Assembly (NCBI RefSeq): GCF_902713615.1
Contig: NC_052146.1
Location: 128,133,875 to 128,197,874 of the forward strand
Direction: 5' to 3'
DNA from: Scyliorhinus canicula
Taxonomy: Eukaryota
Length of the DNA stretch: 64,000 nucleotides
Part shown: one piece after another, positions 25,771-38,869 of the stretch
Position numbering within the stretch: position 1 is the stretch's first letter
How the letters are laid out: each line of letters begins with the position of its first letter
The notes under the pieces: generated by a model
Seen by the model: the letters and a program-made list of their open reading frames with translations, nothing else
Told to the model about the DNA's origin: nothing
Databases searched by the model: none
Position numbers and translations under genes: made by a program

Positions 25771-25966
25771 ATCTACAGTGAAACCATAACTGGCTGAAAA
25801 CAGTCATGGATCTGAAAGCTTAAATAGAACCATCTGCTTAAATAGAACCATCTGAGCAAAGATTCTTTCTCCTTTTACTTATTACTTTCACCCCTCCCCT
25901 CCCCTCTGTTTGTCTGCCTTGTGTGTTTGTGTTGATGGTGGGGTAAGTTAAAGTGGGTGATTAAAG

Positions 25967-27645
25967 TGGACTGATAGAAATGAGGTTATGACAGGTGATG
26001 ACCTTGAGAGGATTGTTATCACTAAGGAGGTAGTGATGGGCAAGCTAATGGGGCTAAAGGTAGACAAGTCTCCTGGCCCTGATGGAATGCATCCCAGAGT
26101 GCTAAAAGAGATGGCTAGGGAAATTGCAGATGCACTAGTGATGATTTACCAAAATTCACTAGACTCTGGGGTGGTCCCGTGGGATTGGAAATTAGGAAAC
26201 GTGACACCACTGTTTAAAAAAGGAGGTAGGCAGAGAGCAGGAAATTATAAGCCAGTGAGCTTAAGGTCAGTAGTAGGGAAGATGCTGGAATCTATCATCA
26301 AGGAATAAATAGCGAGGCATCTGGATAGAAATTGTCCCATTGGGCAGACGCAGCATGGGTTCATAAAGGGCAGGTCGTGCCTAACTAATTTAGTGGAATT
26401 TTTTGAGGACATTACCAGTGCAGAAGATAACGGGGAGCCAATGGATGTGGTATATCTGGATTTCCAGAAAGCTTTTGACAAGGTGCCACACAAAAGGCTG
26501 CTGAATAAGATAAAGATGCATGGCATTAAGGATAAAGTAGTAGCATGGATAGAGGATTGGTTAATTAATAGAAAGCAAAGAGTGGGGATTAATGGGTGCT
26601 TCTCTGGTTGGCGATCAGTAGCTAGTGGTGTCCCTCAGGGATCCGTGTTGGGCCCACAATTGTTCGCAATCTACATAGATGATTTAGAGTTGGGGACCAA
26701 GGGCAATGTGTCCAAGTTTGCAGATGACACTAAGGTGAGTGGTAAAGCGAAAAGTGCAGAGAATACTGGAAGTCTGCAGAGGGATTTGGATAGGTTAAGT
26801 GAATGGGCTAGGGTCTGGCAGATGGAATACAATGTTGACAAATGTGAGGTTATCCATTTTGGTTGGAATAACAGCAAAAGGGATTATTATTTAAACAATA
26901 AAATATTAAAGCATGCTGCTATGCAGAGAGACTTGGGTGTGCTAGTGCATGAGTCACAGAAAATTGGTTTACAGGTGCAACAGGTGATTAAGAAGGCAAA
27001 TGGAATTTTGTCCTTCATTGCTAGAAGGATGGACTTTAAGACTAGGGAGGTTATGCTGCAATTGTATAAGGTGTTAGTGAGGCCACACCTGGAGTATTGT
27101 GTTCAGTTTTGGTCTCCTTACTTGAGAAAGGACATACTGGCACTGGAGGGTGTGCAGAGGAGATTCACGAGGTTAATCCCAGAGCTGAAGGGGTTGGATT
27201 ACGAGGAGAGGTTGAGTAGACTGGGACTGTACTCGTTGGAATTTAGAAGGATGAGGGAGGATCTTATAGAAACATTTAAAATTATGAAGGGAATAGATAG
27301 GAGAGATGCGGGCAGGTTGTTTCCACTGGCGGGTGAAAGCAGAACTAGGGGGCATAGCCTCAAAATAAGGGGAAGTAGATTTAGGACTGAGTTTAGGAGG
27401 AACTTCTTCACCTAAAGGGTTCTGAATCTATGGAATTCCTTGCCCAGTGAAGCAGTTGAGGCTCCTTCATTAATGTTTTCAAGGTAAAGATAGATAGTTT
27501 TTGAAGAAAAAAGGGATTAAGGGTTATGGTGTTCGGGCCGGAAAGTGGAGCTGAGTCCACAAAAGATCAGCCATGATCTCATTGAATGGCGGAGCAGGCT
27601 CGAGGGGCCAGATGGCCCCTCATTCTCATGTTCTTATGTTCTTAT
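25967..27645 (+). mobile_element. CR1 (HER1-like) LINE, 5'-truncated
   Basis: ORFs 25988-26308 and 26393-27415 (KSPGPDGMHPRVLKE, LDFQKAFDKVPH, SGVPQGSVLGP, KFADD, RPHLEYCVQFW). Tail (TTCTTATG)n. Confidence 0.95.
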
Positions 27646-28074
27646 TAAGAATTAGATAACAGTTAACCAGTTGTATTTACTGCATATTTCACTATAATTC
27701 TTGTTATGAATAAAATGTAATTGTGTTCAAATTTACAAACCAGGTGACTGTAATTATTCAGCAGCCAAGGGTCAAACACTTTGGGTATTTTTCGAAGTAT
27801 TATTGGTTAATTCATCTGTGGTGAGACTCCGAGTCAAGTGGGGCTGGAATTGACTGCACATTAGCCCAGGAGGTCGTAACAATGCCCAAATGTGAATGTA
27901 GGACCCGTCCACTCGGCACTGGTTCGTAATCCCCTGAGATGACAGGAAACGGTTTGGCGGGCTGGAGGAGATGTTTCCAGATGACCGGACTTAATTTTGT
28001 TCCTCTTGGAACCTGACAGCTATTAAAATATCACAGGCACATTTCCCTTCTTCCATGGCACCAAAGCTCTCATT

Positions 28075-28310
28075 TGTTTTGTTTTTATACATTTAGAGTA
28101 CCCCAATTCATTTTTTTTCCAATTAAGGGGCAATTTAACGTGGCCAATCCACCTACCCTGCACATCTTTTCGGGTTGTGGGGATGAGACCCACGGAGACA
28201 AGGGGAGAATGTGCAAACTCCACATGGAGAGTGACCCAGGGCCGGGATTGAACCTAGGTCCTCGGCGCCGTGAGGCAGCAGTGCTAACCACTGTGCCACC
28301 ATGCCGCCCC
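28075..28310 (-). mobile_element. Short V-SINE
   Basis: Same family as 8353-8576. Confidence 0.88.
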
Positions 28311-28319
28311 TCATCAGTG

Positions 28320-28752
28320 CTCTCATACTGTCGGTCAGCATCCCCAGGGCTTCCTGACCCTCCTCATCGTTATCTTCCGATGAACTCTCCTCCTCCAGTT
28401 CAACCTCTGGCAAGGGCTCACCTCTCTGCACAGTCACATTGTGAAGGGCACAGCACACTGCGATCATGTGGCAAACCCTCTCTGGTGCGTATTGAAACAT
28501 ATTGACACCTGGGAGTAACTAAGGATCCAGAAGTCATGACAACTTCCAAGGTAAGATGCTCACAAATGCAGGATGTGCTTGAGATGGTCACACGCTAGTT
28601 GTATATTGATGGAATTGTAGTCCTTGCAGTTCATAAACTGCACTCATGTAGAGCCACATGGGTGCAGCCGATTGCACCATGCACTCTGAGGAAGCCTGAA
28701 ATAGCTGCAAAGAAACTGAATGCAGCTGTCACCTTCAAGGCCACTGGCAGGG
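28320..28752 (-). pseudogene. PIF/Harbinger DDE transposase (HARBI1-like) fragment
   Basis: Reverse translation pieces LPVALKVTAA, GAIGCTHVAL, NSINIQLACDH, GSCHDFWIL, QYAPERV...VCCALHN. Confidence 0.75.
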
Positions 28753-28754
28753 GG

Positions 28755-29346
28755 AAGCCTCCAATTCTCAGATTTTGTCACCCAGATCTGTTTTCCAGGT
28801 CCTCCATCTTCGCTCGTAGACCTTTGTTGGCCTCCACCACCCTCTGCATCTCCTCACGATCGAGGCGAGTTGATCGCTGTGTTGCGACAAGGCCTCCTCC
28901 ACTCCTTTCAGTTTCTCACCCTGCTCCTGCGCCTCGGCCGGTCGTTGACACCACCGCCTTCACCGGGGCAATCGCCTCCTCCACTAGTACCTACATTTCT
29001 GCCATCATCTCCTTCCTCATCACCTCCGTGCGCTTTGCAAACTGCTTTTGCTTTTCAATCTCCATGACCATCACCTCGGTCATCTTTTCTGCCGTGAACG
29101 GTGCGGCCCCACCCAGCGACCCAGCCTTTGCCATCTTTCCAGTTGCCGAGCTGACCCTTCCACTCGACAGTGAACCGTCACTCGCCCCCTTCTTCACAGC
29201 GGCTTTCTTTTGGTTTTTGGACATTCCCCCTCCTTCCTGCACTTATTTGTTGAAAAATTGCCCCAGCCATAAAGTTCTAAAATAAAATCTAGCTTCGGGC
29301 AGAAGCCACCAATGTGCGACTTCCTCCTACACGCCACCACCGGATG
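28755..29346 (-). mobile_element. 5' fragment (5' UTR plus ORF1 N-terminus) of a second L1/Tx1 family
   Basis: ORF 28991-29242 (MSKNQKK...) leads toward EDLENRS..NLRI. 5' end CATCCGGTGGCG...GGAAGTCGCAC resembles the 14898 element start. Confidence 0.7.
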
Positions 29347-29479
29347 TGCCCTCTTTGAGGTGCTGCCGGACGGTCTGTGCCACCAAAATCTTTGGCTGAG
29401 TGCTGAGACGTTGCGTTACTTGTGCCAGATGGTGTTGCACCTGGCACCATGAGGGTTTGGGGGAGGTAAGTAAGTAGTC

Positions 29480-29685
29480 CCAGATGACCATAGGCTGCTT
29501 TCCACTTTTGAGGGGGAGAGATGACTGGTGGTGCTTTAAACTGAAGATCATCATGACTCACGCGAGGGGCAAGGTTGATAAGGTGGGACCTTCATGAGTA
29601 ACCTCAGCCAGAACAGGAATTGAACCCATGCTGCTGGCCTCACCCAGCATCATGATCCAGCTGTCTAGCTAACTGAGCTGAACCG
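29480..29685 (-). mobile_element. tRNA-derived SINE (head type 2)
   Basis: Reverse B box GGGTTCAATTCC. Homologous to 38870-39075 and 58196-58284. Confidence 0.65.
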
Positions 29686-29689
29686 GAGG

Positions 29690-29975
29690 ACACCCGCTCC
29701 CAGTGGCTGTCAAGGTGATGGTCACTGAACTTTTATGCCTCTGGATCTTTCCAGGGGTCGAGCGGGGGCCTGTGTGGGATTTTGCAGATTCCACACACAG
29801 GTGTATCCCCAATGTGACACCCTTTGGGTCTGGGCAGCAGATTATATATCCTTCAATCGGGATCAGGCACATCAGGCTGCCCGGGCAGCAGGATTTACCA
29901 CCACCACTGATATGCGTCAAATCCATGGGGTGATCGATGGCATACATGTCACCTACAAGCACCGATTCATCAGCC
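29690..29975 (+). pseudogene. PIF/Harbinger transposase N-terminal fragment
   Basis: PLPVAVKVMV..(N)FYASGSFQG and GVIDGIHV (first catalytic Asp). Cut off by the Gypsy LTR at 29976. Confidence 0.75.
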
Positions 29976-30398
29976 TGTCATGTTAATCATCCTGGAGTAA
30001 CACGGACTGCAACTGGATGCAGTTATACTTGAAAGTAGACTCCAGACTGTGATGTTGGTTCAATACGCTTTATTGAACTTGTTCAGCAGTGCACACAGTT
30101 CGCTGTGGGTTTGACACACTACGAATCTAAGCGCACTTCCTATAACTAACGGGACCAGACTAGCTCTGAGCCACGTGTAGAAGGTGCTAACTGATATATA
30201 CACCCTGACTGCCACTACAGTTGCCACCAGTGGAAAACGGCAGAGTGTTGATGCCTCGTGTGTTTTATAGTGCGAGATCACCTTCTAGTGTTCTGCCTGG
30301 TGATTGGTTGTGTTCTGTCCTGTGTGCTGATTGGCTGTACTGGGTGTCTGTCACTGCCTGTCTGTATCTCATCATGTGCATGAATGCATATCATGACA
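29976..30398 (-). repeat. 3' LTR of the Gypsy element
   Basis: TGTCATG...CATGACA inverted termini, adjacent PPT, TATAAAA and AATAAA on the minus strand. Confidence 0.85.
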
Positions 30399-33300
30399 TC
30401 TCCCCTTTGTTAAAAAAAATGTTGGTTGCTTGGAGCATATGCAACTGTATTTACATGTAGAACTATTTACATTAAATGGCGAGAGGATGAAAGCGAATGG
30501 ATGAATATATACATAAGAGGTGTCTGGCATGCAGATACAGAATAAAATTTACAAGAGAAATGTCTATAAGTCCAATCTTTGGGGCTTGCGCCTGATCCTT
30601 GTCGACCGCCTGAAAGGTGGAGGTGGTGACGACGGCGCCTTGACAGGCGGGATTGCTGCCAGATTGGTGGCCTCGTGTTGCGAGGTGTCTGGAGGAGGCA
30701 TAACAACATATGGAAAAGTAGGATCTGGTGGTGGGCAGGCAACTGTGCGCAGTGCCCTTCTGTTGTGCCTGACAATGGAGCCATCAGCCATACGAACTAC
30801 AAACAATCTGTGAGCAGCCTGTCGAACAACAATAGCTGGAGCTGACCAGCCTCCAACGGGTAGCTTGATCCGAACAGCATCCTCCGGAGATAGCAGAGGC
30901 AAATCGGTAGCATGAGCATTGTACGTCATCTTTTGCTGGTTCCTGAGTTGCTGCACCTTTTGCAGCACTGGGAGGTGATCCAGGTCTGATAAGTCTGGAA
31001 CAGTCGTCCGCAGGTCTCTATTCATGAGGAGTTGAGCCGGAGACATACCGGTGGACAGAGGGGTTGCCCTGTACGCCAACAGCTCAAGGTTGAAGTCAGA
31101 AGCAGAGTCCACAGCCTTGCAGAGCAGTTGCTTCGGTATATGGACCCCTTTCTCAACCTTCCCGTTGGACTGCGGGTAGTGTGGGCTTGAGGTAATGTGG
31201 TTGAATTGGTACGACTTGGCGAAATTGGACCACTCTTGGCTATGGAAGCAGGGACCATCGTCACTCATGTCAGTGAGTGGAATACCATGCCTGGCAAATG
31301 TCTCCTTGCTGGCCTTGATGACTGTCCTTGATGCGAGGTCTGATAGCTTCACGACCTCTGGGTAATTTGAGAAGTAATGTATGATGAGCACATAGTCACA
31401 CCCATTGGCATGAAAAAGGTCGATTCCCACCTTGGACCACGGAGAGGTCACAATCTCGTGTTGCTGGAGTGTTTCTTTTCTTTGAGCAGGCGGGAAATGC
31501 TGGCAGGTTGCACAATTGAGGACCATGTTGGATATGTCCTGGCATTCCAGGCCAATAGACAGCCTGCCGGGCCCTGCACCGACACTTTTCGACACCTAGG
31601 TGTCCCTCGTGGATTTGTTTGAGCACTAAGCTCTGCAGACTGTGAGGAATAACGATACGATCCAACTTGAGGAAGATCCCCTCGACGACCGTCAGGTCAT
31701 CCTTCACATTGAAGAACTGAGGGCATTGCCCTTTTTGCCAGCCATTTGCAAGGTGGTGCCTTACACGTTGCAGAAGAGGGTCTTTGGCAGTCTCTTCACG
31801 AATGCTGATCACTCTTTCATCTGAGGCCGGGAGGTTGCTGGCACACAGCTGCACCTGTGCCTCAATCTGACGGATGAACTCAATCTGTTCACAGGGCGAG
31901 GTGATGGAGCGGAACAGGGCATCCGCAATTATCAGCTCCTTGCCTGGTGTGTGTACTAACTCAAAATCGTACCTTCGGAGTCAGAGGAGAATGTGCTGAA
32001 GCCTGGGAGTCATGTCATTCAAGTCCTTATGAATGATATGGACCAAGGGTCTGTGGTCAGACTCCACTGTGAAGGTTGGTAGACCGTAGACCTAGTCATG
32101 GAACTTTACAATGCCGGTTAGGAGGCCCAGGCATTCTTTTTGTATCTAGGCGTACCTCTGTTCAGTAGGATTCATGGTCCTTGGTGCATAAGCAACTGGA
32201 GCCCAGGACGAGGAGTCATCCCTCTGGAGGAGCACCGCACCAATTCCGTCCTGGCTTGCGTCCGTGGAGACTTTTGTTTCCCTGTCCGGGTCAACAAATG
32301 CTAGTACCGGAGCAGTGGTGAGCTTTGCTTTGAGCTTGAGCCACTCTGCTTGATGTGTGGGTAGCCACTGAAATGCATTGGACTTCTTCACCAGATGTCT
32401 GAGAGCCGTGGTGAGTGAGGCCATGTTGGGAATGAATTTTCCCAAGAAGTTCACCATTCCGAGGAAGCGTCGTGCCGCCTTCTTGTCTTCTGGGGTCTTC
32501 ATGGTGTTAATGGCTTTGACCTTGTCCGAATCTGGTCACACACCCTGCTGGGATATCTGGTCGCCTAAGAACTTGATGGTTGACATGCCAAAGGAGCACT
32601 TGGCCTTGTTCAGCTTGAGGACGTTTGCATGGACACGTCGAAAGACTTGTTTGAGAAGAGCTATGTGTCTCTCGGGGGTCATGTACCATATGATTACATC
32701 ATCTTGGTAGACACGCAAACCCTCAATGACCTCCAGCATCTGCTCTATGATCCTGTGGAAGATTTCAGAGGCTGAGACAATGCCGAACGGCATACGGTTA
32801 TAACAGTACCTGACAAATGGTGTGTTGAACGTGCAGAGCTTCCTGCTGGACACATCCCGTTGTATCAGCCGGAAACCACGTGATGTATCTAGCTTCGTGA
32901 AGAATTTGGCGTGGGCCATCTCACTGGTCAGTTCCTCCTGCTTCGGGATCGGGTAGTGTTCCAGCATTATATTCTGGTTAAGACCTTTGGGATTTACGCA
33001 TATCCATAACTCTCCTGAGGGCTTCTTCACACAGACCATCGAGCTGACCCAGTCAGTCGGTTCCGTTACTTTGGAGATGATGCCCTGGTCTTGGAGCTCC
33101 TGTAGCTGTGCCTTTAAACATTCCTTCAGAGGAGTCGGCACCCGGCGTGGTGCATGGATTACAAGTGCGGCATCAGGCCTGAGTAGGATCATGTAGCAGT
33201 GTGGCAGCATACCCATTCCATCAAACACATCCGGATATTGAGCAAGGATGTCATCAATGTCAGCCTGAAGATCCACATTGGAAGAAGACATGGCATGGAC

Positions 33301-33572
33301 TCACTGTACGAGGTTGAGTAGCTTGCATGCATGGGCACCGAGCAGGGATGCCTTATCAGGCTTGACGATTTCAAATCGCAGTGTGACATCGATGATCTTG
33401 TTGGAGACGAATAGATGACAAGATCCTAGTGCAGTTATGGCATTGCCATTATAATCGAGTAACTAGCAGGCTGGCGGAAGAATTTTGGGTTGCTTTTTAA
33501 TGCGGTCAAAATCAGCTTGAGAGATGAGATTGGCAGAAGCACCAATGTCCAGCTTGAACTGGATGCTGCATT

Positions 33573-33806
33573 GTTTTAAAAAAAAAATTAAATTTAGAAT
33601 ACTCAATTATTTTTTTCTAATTAAGGGGCAATTTAGTGTGGCCAATCCACCTACTCTGCACATTTTTGGGTTGTGGGGGCGAAACCCACGCAGACACAGG
33701 GAGAATGTGCAAACTCCACACGGACAGTGACCCAGAGCTGGGATTGAACCTGGGACCTCAGCGCCGTGAGGCAGCAGGGTTAACCCACTGCGCCACCGTG
33801 CTACCC
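33573..33806 (-). mobile_element. Short V-SINE inserted in the Gypsy protease region
   Basis: Same SINE family. GCATTG duplicated on both sides. Confidence 0.88.
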
Positions 33807-34297
33807 TCGCATTGATTTACTTGTATGACAGCATGCCATTCGTCCGCGGAATCCACATTGAGGATAGGCATCTTGCTGAATTTGAGGAGGCATACTTACA
33901 TGTAGTGATGATGCCCACACGATAGGGGGACTCCAGGCACTCGTCCTCTGGATCCGTAGTGCTACCAAGATCAGAATCCAGTAAACCTTGCTGTACACAT
34001 CGAACGCGCTTGCGTTGGAAGTGGGATTGCTGGCCCTTGACTCATGGTGCAGACCTGCACAAGGCTGCATAATATCCAGGCTTCCCGCAATTTAAACATC
34101 GCCTGCCTTTTGCAGGGCATTGCCACTTTAAGTGGGCGGTGCCGCAGTTTGGGCACGTCATGATGTTGACATCGTTACGCTCCGTGCGTCGTCGCACATG
34201 TGCAGTGCGGTCAGCCGCCGATCGCACCTGCGCAGTTTGATCTTCGGCTGCTTCATTCTCCCGTTCGTATTGCGCATGCGCGGGGCCCAAACACGAT

Positions 34298-34655
34298 CCC
34301 TGTCCCTCCTCCCTTCCCTGCACCTTCCCTGTCCCTCCTCCCTCCACTCCACCTTCCCTGTCCCTCCTCCCTCCACTCCACCTTCCCTGTCCTTCCTCCC
34401 TTCACTCTGCTTTCTCTCAGCCTCAGCCTTTCAGTCCACTTTCACCGTCCCTCCTCTCTTCATCCTCCACCTTTTCTGTCCCTCAATCTTTCACTCCTTC
34501 ACTCCAGCGTACTTGTCCCTCTTCATTTCACCCCACCGTAACTCGTCCTTCCTGCCCTTCACTCCATCTTCGTTATTCCTCAGCCCTTCACTGCACCTTC
34601 CCTGTCCCTCCTGCCTTCACTGCACCTTCCCTGTCGCTCAGCCCTTCATTCCCTA
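34298..34655 (+). repeat. Pyrimidine-rich degenerate minisatellite (~29-bp unit CACCTTCCCTGTCCCTCCTCCCTCCACTC)
   Basis: Direct reading of the sequence. It sits at the truncation point of the Gypsy element. Confidence 0.7.
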
Positions 34656-34787
34656 GGGCTCACTCACTGGGAAAGCTGTCACAAAAGGCGGGTTCACACT
34701 TCTGGACCTGTACCCTGCCACCTCTCTCTGAGGGTGACAGCAGGTGGGACATTCAAGTGCCACGAGGACCCTTCCCGCCCATCCTCC

Positions 34788-34821
<34 letters not shown>

Positions 34822-35691
34822 ATCCTCCAACATCCTACATACCTTTCCCGACACATCCTCTACACCCAGGCCAGCCCATCCCTGAAACACTTCAGACAGG
34901 GACAGGTCGGAATGTTGGTGCAAAAGTGTTTACTGGTAACTATACACATTATTGTGCCCTGGCCTCTAATTATCTCCTATGTGCCACACCCATGCCAACA
35001 TGTGGTGTCCAACTTTCTAATTTTAACCAGTCCTTCTAGGTGTTATCCCAGACAGCACATCAGATGTGGAGGCGGCCTGCTGCCTTTCTCACTCTCTCAC
35101 CTGTGATGTCTTCCGCAGGCATCCTCTGACGGCCCTGTACCTGGATGGGCCCAACCGGTTTTTGTGACACCGTACCACCCTGTTCTGCCCATTGCCAGTG
35201 TCAGGTGTGGGGAGTGGAATTAGTAAGTGCTGAGGTATTCCCTGTGGGAGGCACCGTCACGGACCTCTTCACTTCCTCTCCCATCGGTGTGCTCGCTGGC
35301 CCCCGGGTTATTCCATGGGACGGAGATGAGTCTGGAGTGAACGTTGGAGGCTCCACTGTCACTTGGTGCTGCCAGTCCTGGAGGTCCACTCTCATCTGAG
35401 CCATAGTGTCAATCCCTCAACCATAGAGCGCTGAGACTGGGACACGTTCCTGAGCGAGTGAGACATGTCCCTCATTGCTTCGGTCATATCCCTCTGGCAC
35501 TGTGCAATGGCTCTCAGAGACTGCGGCATGTGCCTCCGCACCTGTGACATGTCCCTCTGTGACTGGTCAAGGTCAGACAGTGTCTCACTGGATGTCTGAC
35601 CAGTGCCTAACTGAGGAATAAATCATGATTGTTTATTCGAGCATGCAGGGAGAGCATTGTCTTAGAAATCCCTCATACAGTACGATGCCAG

Positions 35692-36382
35692 GGGCGGGAT
35701 TCTCCGACCCCCCGCCGGGTCGGAGAATCGCGGGGGCCGGCGTCAATCGCGCCCCCGCCGTGTCCCGAATTCTCCGCCACCAGAGATTCGGCGGGGGGGA
35801 ATTGCGCCGTGCCGGTCAGCAGGCACCCCCCCGGCAATTCTCCGGCCCTCAATGGGCCGAAGTTCCGCCGCTGTCAACCCTCTCCCGCCGGTGTGATCAA
35901 ACCACCTACCTTACCGGCGGGAGCAGGCGGCGCGGGCGGGCTCCCGGGTTCAGAGGGCGGGGGACGGGGCGATCTGGCCCCGGGTGGTGCCCCCACGGTG
36001 GCCTGGCCCACGATCGGGGCCCACCGATCGGCGGGCGGGCCTGTGCCGTGGGGACACTCTTTTCCTTCCGCCTTCGCCGTGGTCTTCACCATGGCGGAGG
36101 TGGAAGTGACCACTCCCCTGCGCATGCACGGGGATGACGTCAGCAGCCGCTGACACTCCGGCGCATGCGCGGACCTCCGCCGGCCGGCAAAGTTCCTTTG
36201 GCCCCAGCTGGCGCCAAAGGCCTTACACGCCAGCCGGCGGGACGGGAACTACTCCGGCGCGGGCCTGGCCCCTAAAGGTGCAGAGACGTCCGCACCTTTG
36301 GGGCGGCCCAATGCTGGAGTGGTTCACGCTACTCCATCACGCCGGGACCCCCCGCCCCGCCGGGTAGGGGAGTATCCCGGCC
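35692..36382. mobile_element. Harbinger-type MITE
   Basis: TIRs GGGCGGGATTCTCC / GGAGTATCCCGGCC, 3-bp TSD CAG, GC-rich interior. Confidence 0.85.
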
Positions 36383-36734
36383 CAGATTACAGAAGTTTTA
36401 CCTTATTTATACTTTGTTGGTCATGCACACAGAATGTTCTCTAAATTCCAATCTTGTCCACAGAGAGGTTTATATTAAAACATTTCACCCGAGCTGGACT
36501 CGTTACCTCCTCCTAGCGAGATAATATTTGTCTTCTCCTTATCCTATCCAGAGACTATATTTAATCTGTTTCGTAAACAATGTTGATTCCCAAGGCCTAA
36601 CTGGAGAGTTCTGCTGATTTAGGTCCTTAGGATGAATCCTGACTATTCGGATGTGCTTGATGATACTGGTTTGTGTGAGCATTTAACTGGCATGTGCTCT
36701 TTACACTAAATCAAGACTGTTATCTCTAACTTCT

Positions 36735-36960
36735 TTTTAAAAATAAATTTAGAGTACCCAATTACCTTTTCCAATTAAGGGACAATTTAGCGTGGCCAAT
36801 CCACCTATCCTGCACATCTTTTGGGTTGTGGGGGCGAAACCCACGCAGACATGGGGAGAATGTGCAAACTCCACATGGACAGTGACCCAGTGCCGGGATT
36901 CGAACCCGGGTCCTCAGTGCCGTAAGCAGCAATGCTAACCACTGTGCTACCGTGCTGCCC
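36735..36960 (-). mobile_element. Short V-SINE
   Basis: Same family. TSD approximately TAACT(T/C)CTTTT. Confidence 0.88.
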
Positions 36961-37160
36961 ATAACTCCTTTTGATAAATTTATTTTACTTCCCCCAATAG
37001 TTCCACCCCCAATTTGGCTTTTTGCCTCGCCCAAGGTAACAGCTCCTGTGCTACTGTCCTTCCCATAATGCTCTACCCATCCATACTGGCCAAATATCCA
37101 GCTTTGGGTGATACTTAATCAGGCCATTTGTATTAATTGGCCCTTGAAACCAGGCACCTG

Positions 37161-37783
37161 TGGCTGGATTCTCTGATTCTGAGGCTAAGTGCTGATGGTG
37201 GTGTGGGAACGGTGGCCTTTTACGACCGAATAAACGGCACTAAACAGCCACCGATCCCCCATCTGTTGGGGGGCTAGCTGGCACGCAGTGTAGAGCACCC
37301 GGCTCTAGCTGCTGATACAGCCGGAGAACTGCCGTGTCCGTGGCCGCGCATGCAACACGGCGCCGGCCGCGCGTGGACCCGGCCTGCCAAATAGTGCCCC
37401 CCTTCGGCCAGGCTCGCCATCAGGGACCACTCACCAGTGCTCCCAGCCCTTGCCAAAGCCCCACCTGCCCGTGGATCGGCTCTCCCCTGACTGGTGGTGG
37501 TGGACTCAATCCACAGCCACCACATCGAGCTCCCGATAATAAATAACATGAGTGACCCACGCCGTCGGGAACTCGGCCCATCGGGGGCGGAACATCAGGG
37601 GGGGGGGGGGGGGTAACGTTCTGAGGCCGTCCATACGGCGTGTCGCGTACTCCTGTAGTATGCCATCTTGGAGCGGGGTGGGGCATCGCAAAAGCGGCGC
37701 CGTTTCCAATTTCTGTGCCAATGTGGATTCTCTGGCCGATCGCTGAACGTGATTACAGCACAGGAGATCGGAGAATCCCACCC
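37161..37783. mobile_element. Harbinger-type MITE (different interior)
   Basis: TIRs TGGCTGGATTCTCT / GGAGAATCCCACCC, TSD CTG. Confidence 0.75.
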
Positions 37784-38269
37784 CTGGTCTCTTACTTTAT
37801 TATCCCAATTGCTAAGTCTAAATCCCCAGTGCTACTGCTTGTGCAACCTTCTGGTGTGGTAAATTAGGCATGTTAGATGTAGAACCAATATCAACTGTGT
37901 TATAATCAGGGCATAGGTAATAATCTGAATCCATGGGCGGATCTGTTTTTTTGAGCATCAATTCCAAACATCCTCCCAACACGTGGAGGTATCTATTTGT
38001 TCAATATAATTTGCAAAGTCTCTAGCTTGTTGTTAGAGTGTGTACTATGTTCAGTATGCTCTCCAAGTCTGCCTCCGAATCGTAGTCAGATGTTCCGACA
38101 AGAAGGGGATTGCACAGGAAAACTGGTTCGAGTACTGTGTTGGGTTATCCTTTATGCTTTCCACAACTTGCATATCAACGGTTCCCCTCTCGTCAATTTC
38201 CACCAGTTCCATCTTCCTCACCCTTGCCGGCATTTGTTCATTGAAAGACACAGTATGATTAATTATGGG

Positions 38270-38497
38270 GTGGCGGCAGGGTGGCACAGTGGTTAGCACT
38301 GCTGCCTACGGCATTGAGGACCAAGGTTCAATCCTGGCCCCGGGTCACTGTCTGTGTGGAGTTTGCACATTCTCCCTGTGCCTCTGTGGACCTCACCCCC
38401 ACAATCTAAAGATGTGTTCAATAGGTGGATTCGCCATGCTAAATTGCCCCTTCATTGGAAAAAAATAATTGGGTACTTTACATTAATTTTTTTCTAA
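38270..38497 (+). mobile_element. Short V-SINE
   Basis: 15-bp TSD ATGATTAATTATGGG at 38255-38269 and 38498-38512. Confidence 0.88.
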
Positions 38498-38869
38498 ATG
38501 ATTAATTATGGGACAAAATCGTTTTGCTGTCACATGGTGATGGAATATCTCCCCTCACCCAGGTATGAACCGTGGGTTTGCTCTTTTGTAGCCCATATAG
38601 CTTCCAGTACGCAATTTTCTGTAAAATTAAACCCACACATTGTTTCTTCTGTTTCATATATCCCACCCCAGCACCCTCCCACCTGATTAAATGTCCCCCG
38701 CAACCAACCTTGGGTAGCGGACTTAAATTCCGCCCCAGGTCACTAACAACATTGGCAGCAGTATTCTGGGCTAATTAATGTAGGTGCAGACAATTAAGCT
38801 TTTGGTCATTCACTGCAGATAATCTACGATGGCCCCACTACCCAACTAACACCACCCCTCCCCACGTAA

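Larger units (their letters stand above)
25021..27881 (+). mobile_element. Probable solo LTR (TGTTA...TAACA) containing nested SINE and CR1 insertions
   Basis: TG...CA termini, near-TSD TTGC/ATGC, AATAAA near 27709. The host sequence resumes after each nested insertion. Confidence 0.45.
29976..34300 (-). mobile_element. Gypsy (Ty3) LTR retrotransposon, 5'-truncated: gag zinc knuckles, PR, RT, RNase H, IN, PPT, 3' LTR
   Basis: Integrase ORF 30564-31595, RT 32536-33291 (YQDD), RNase H (TDASQDGIGAVL), PR (LDIGA), CCHC motifs near 34050-34150, PPT AAAGGGGAGA at 30408-30399. Confidence 0.92.

Noticed and set aside
28153-29986. Host HARBI1 gene
   Set aside because: Fragments lie in opposite orientations with stops, frameshifts and deletions, which fits transposon debris.
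35625-36367. CpG-island promoter or GC-rich ORFs (also 57259-57934, 59825-60533)
   Set aside because: They are bounded by TIRs (with TSDs where resolvable) and recur in the window, so they are MITE interiors.
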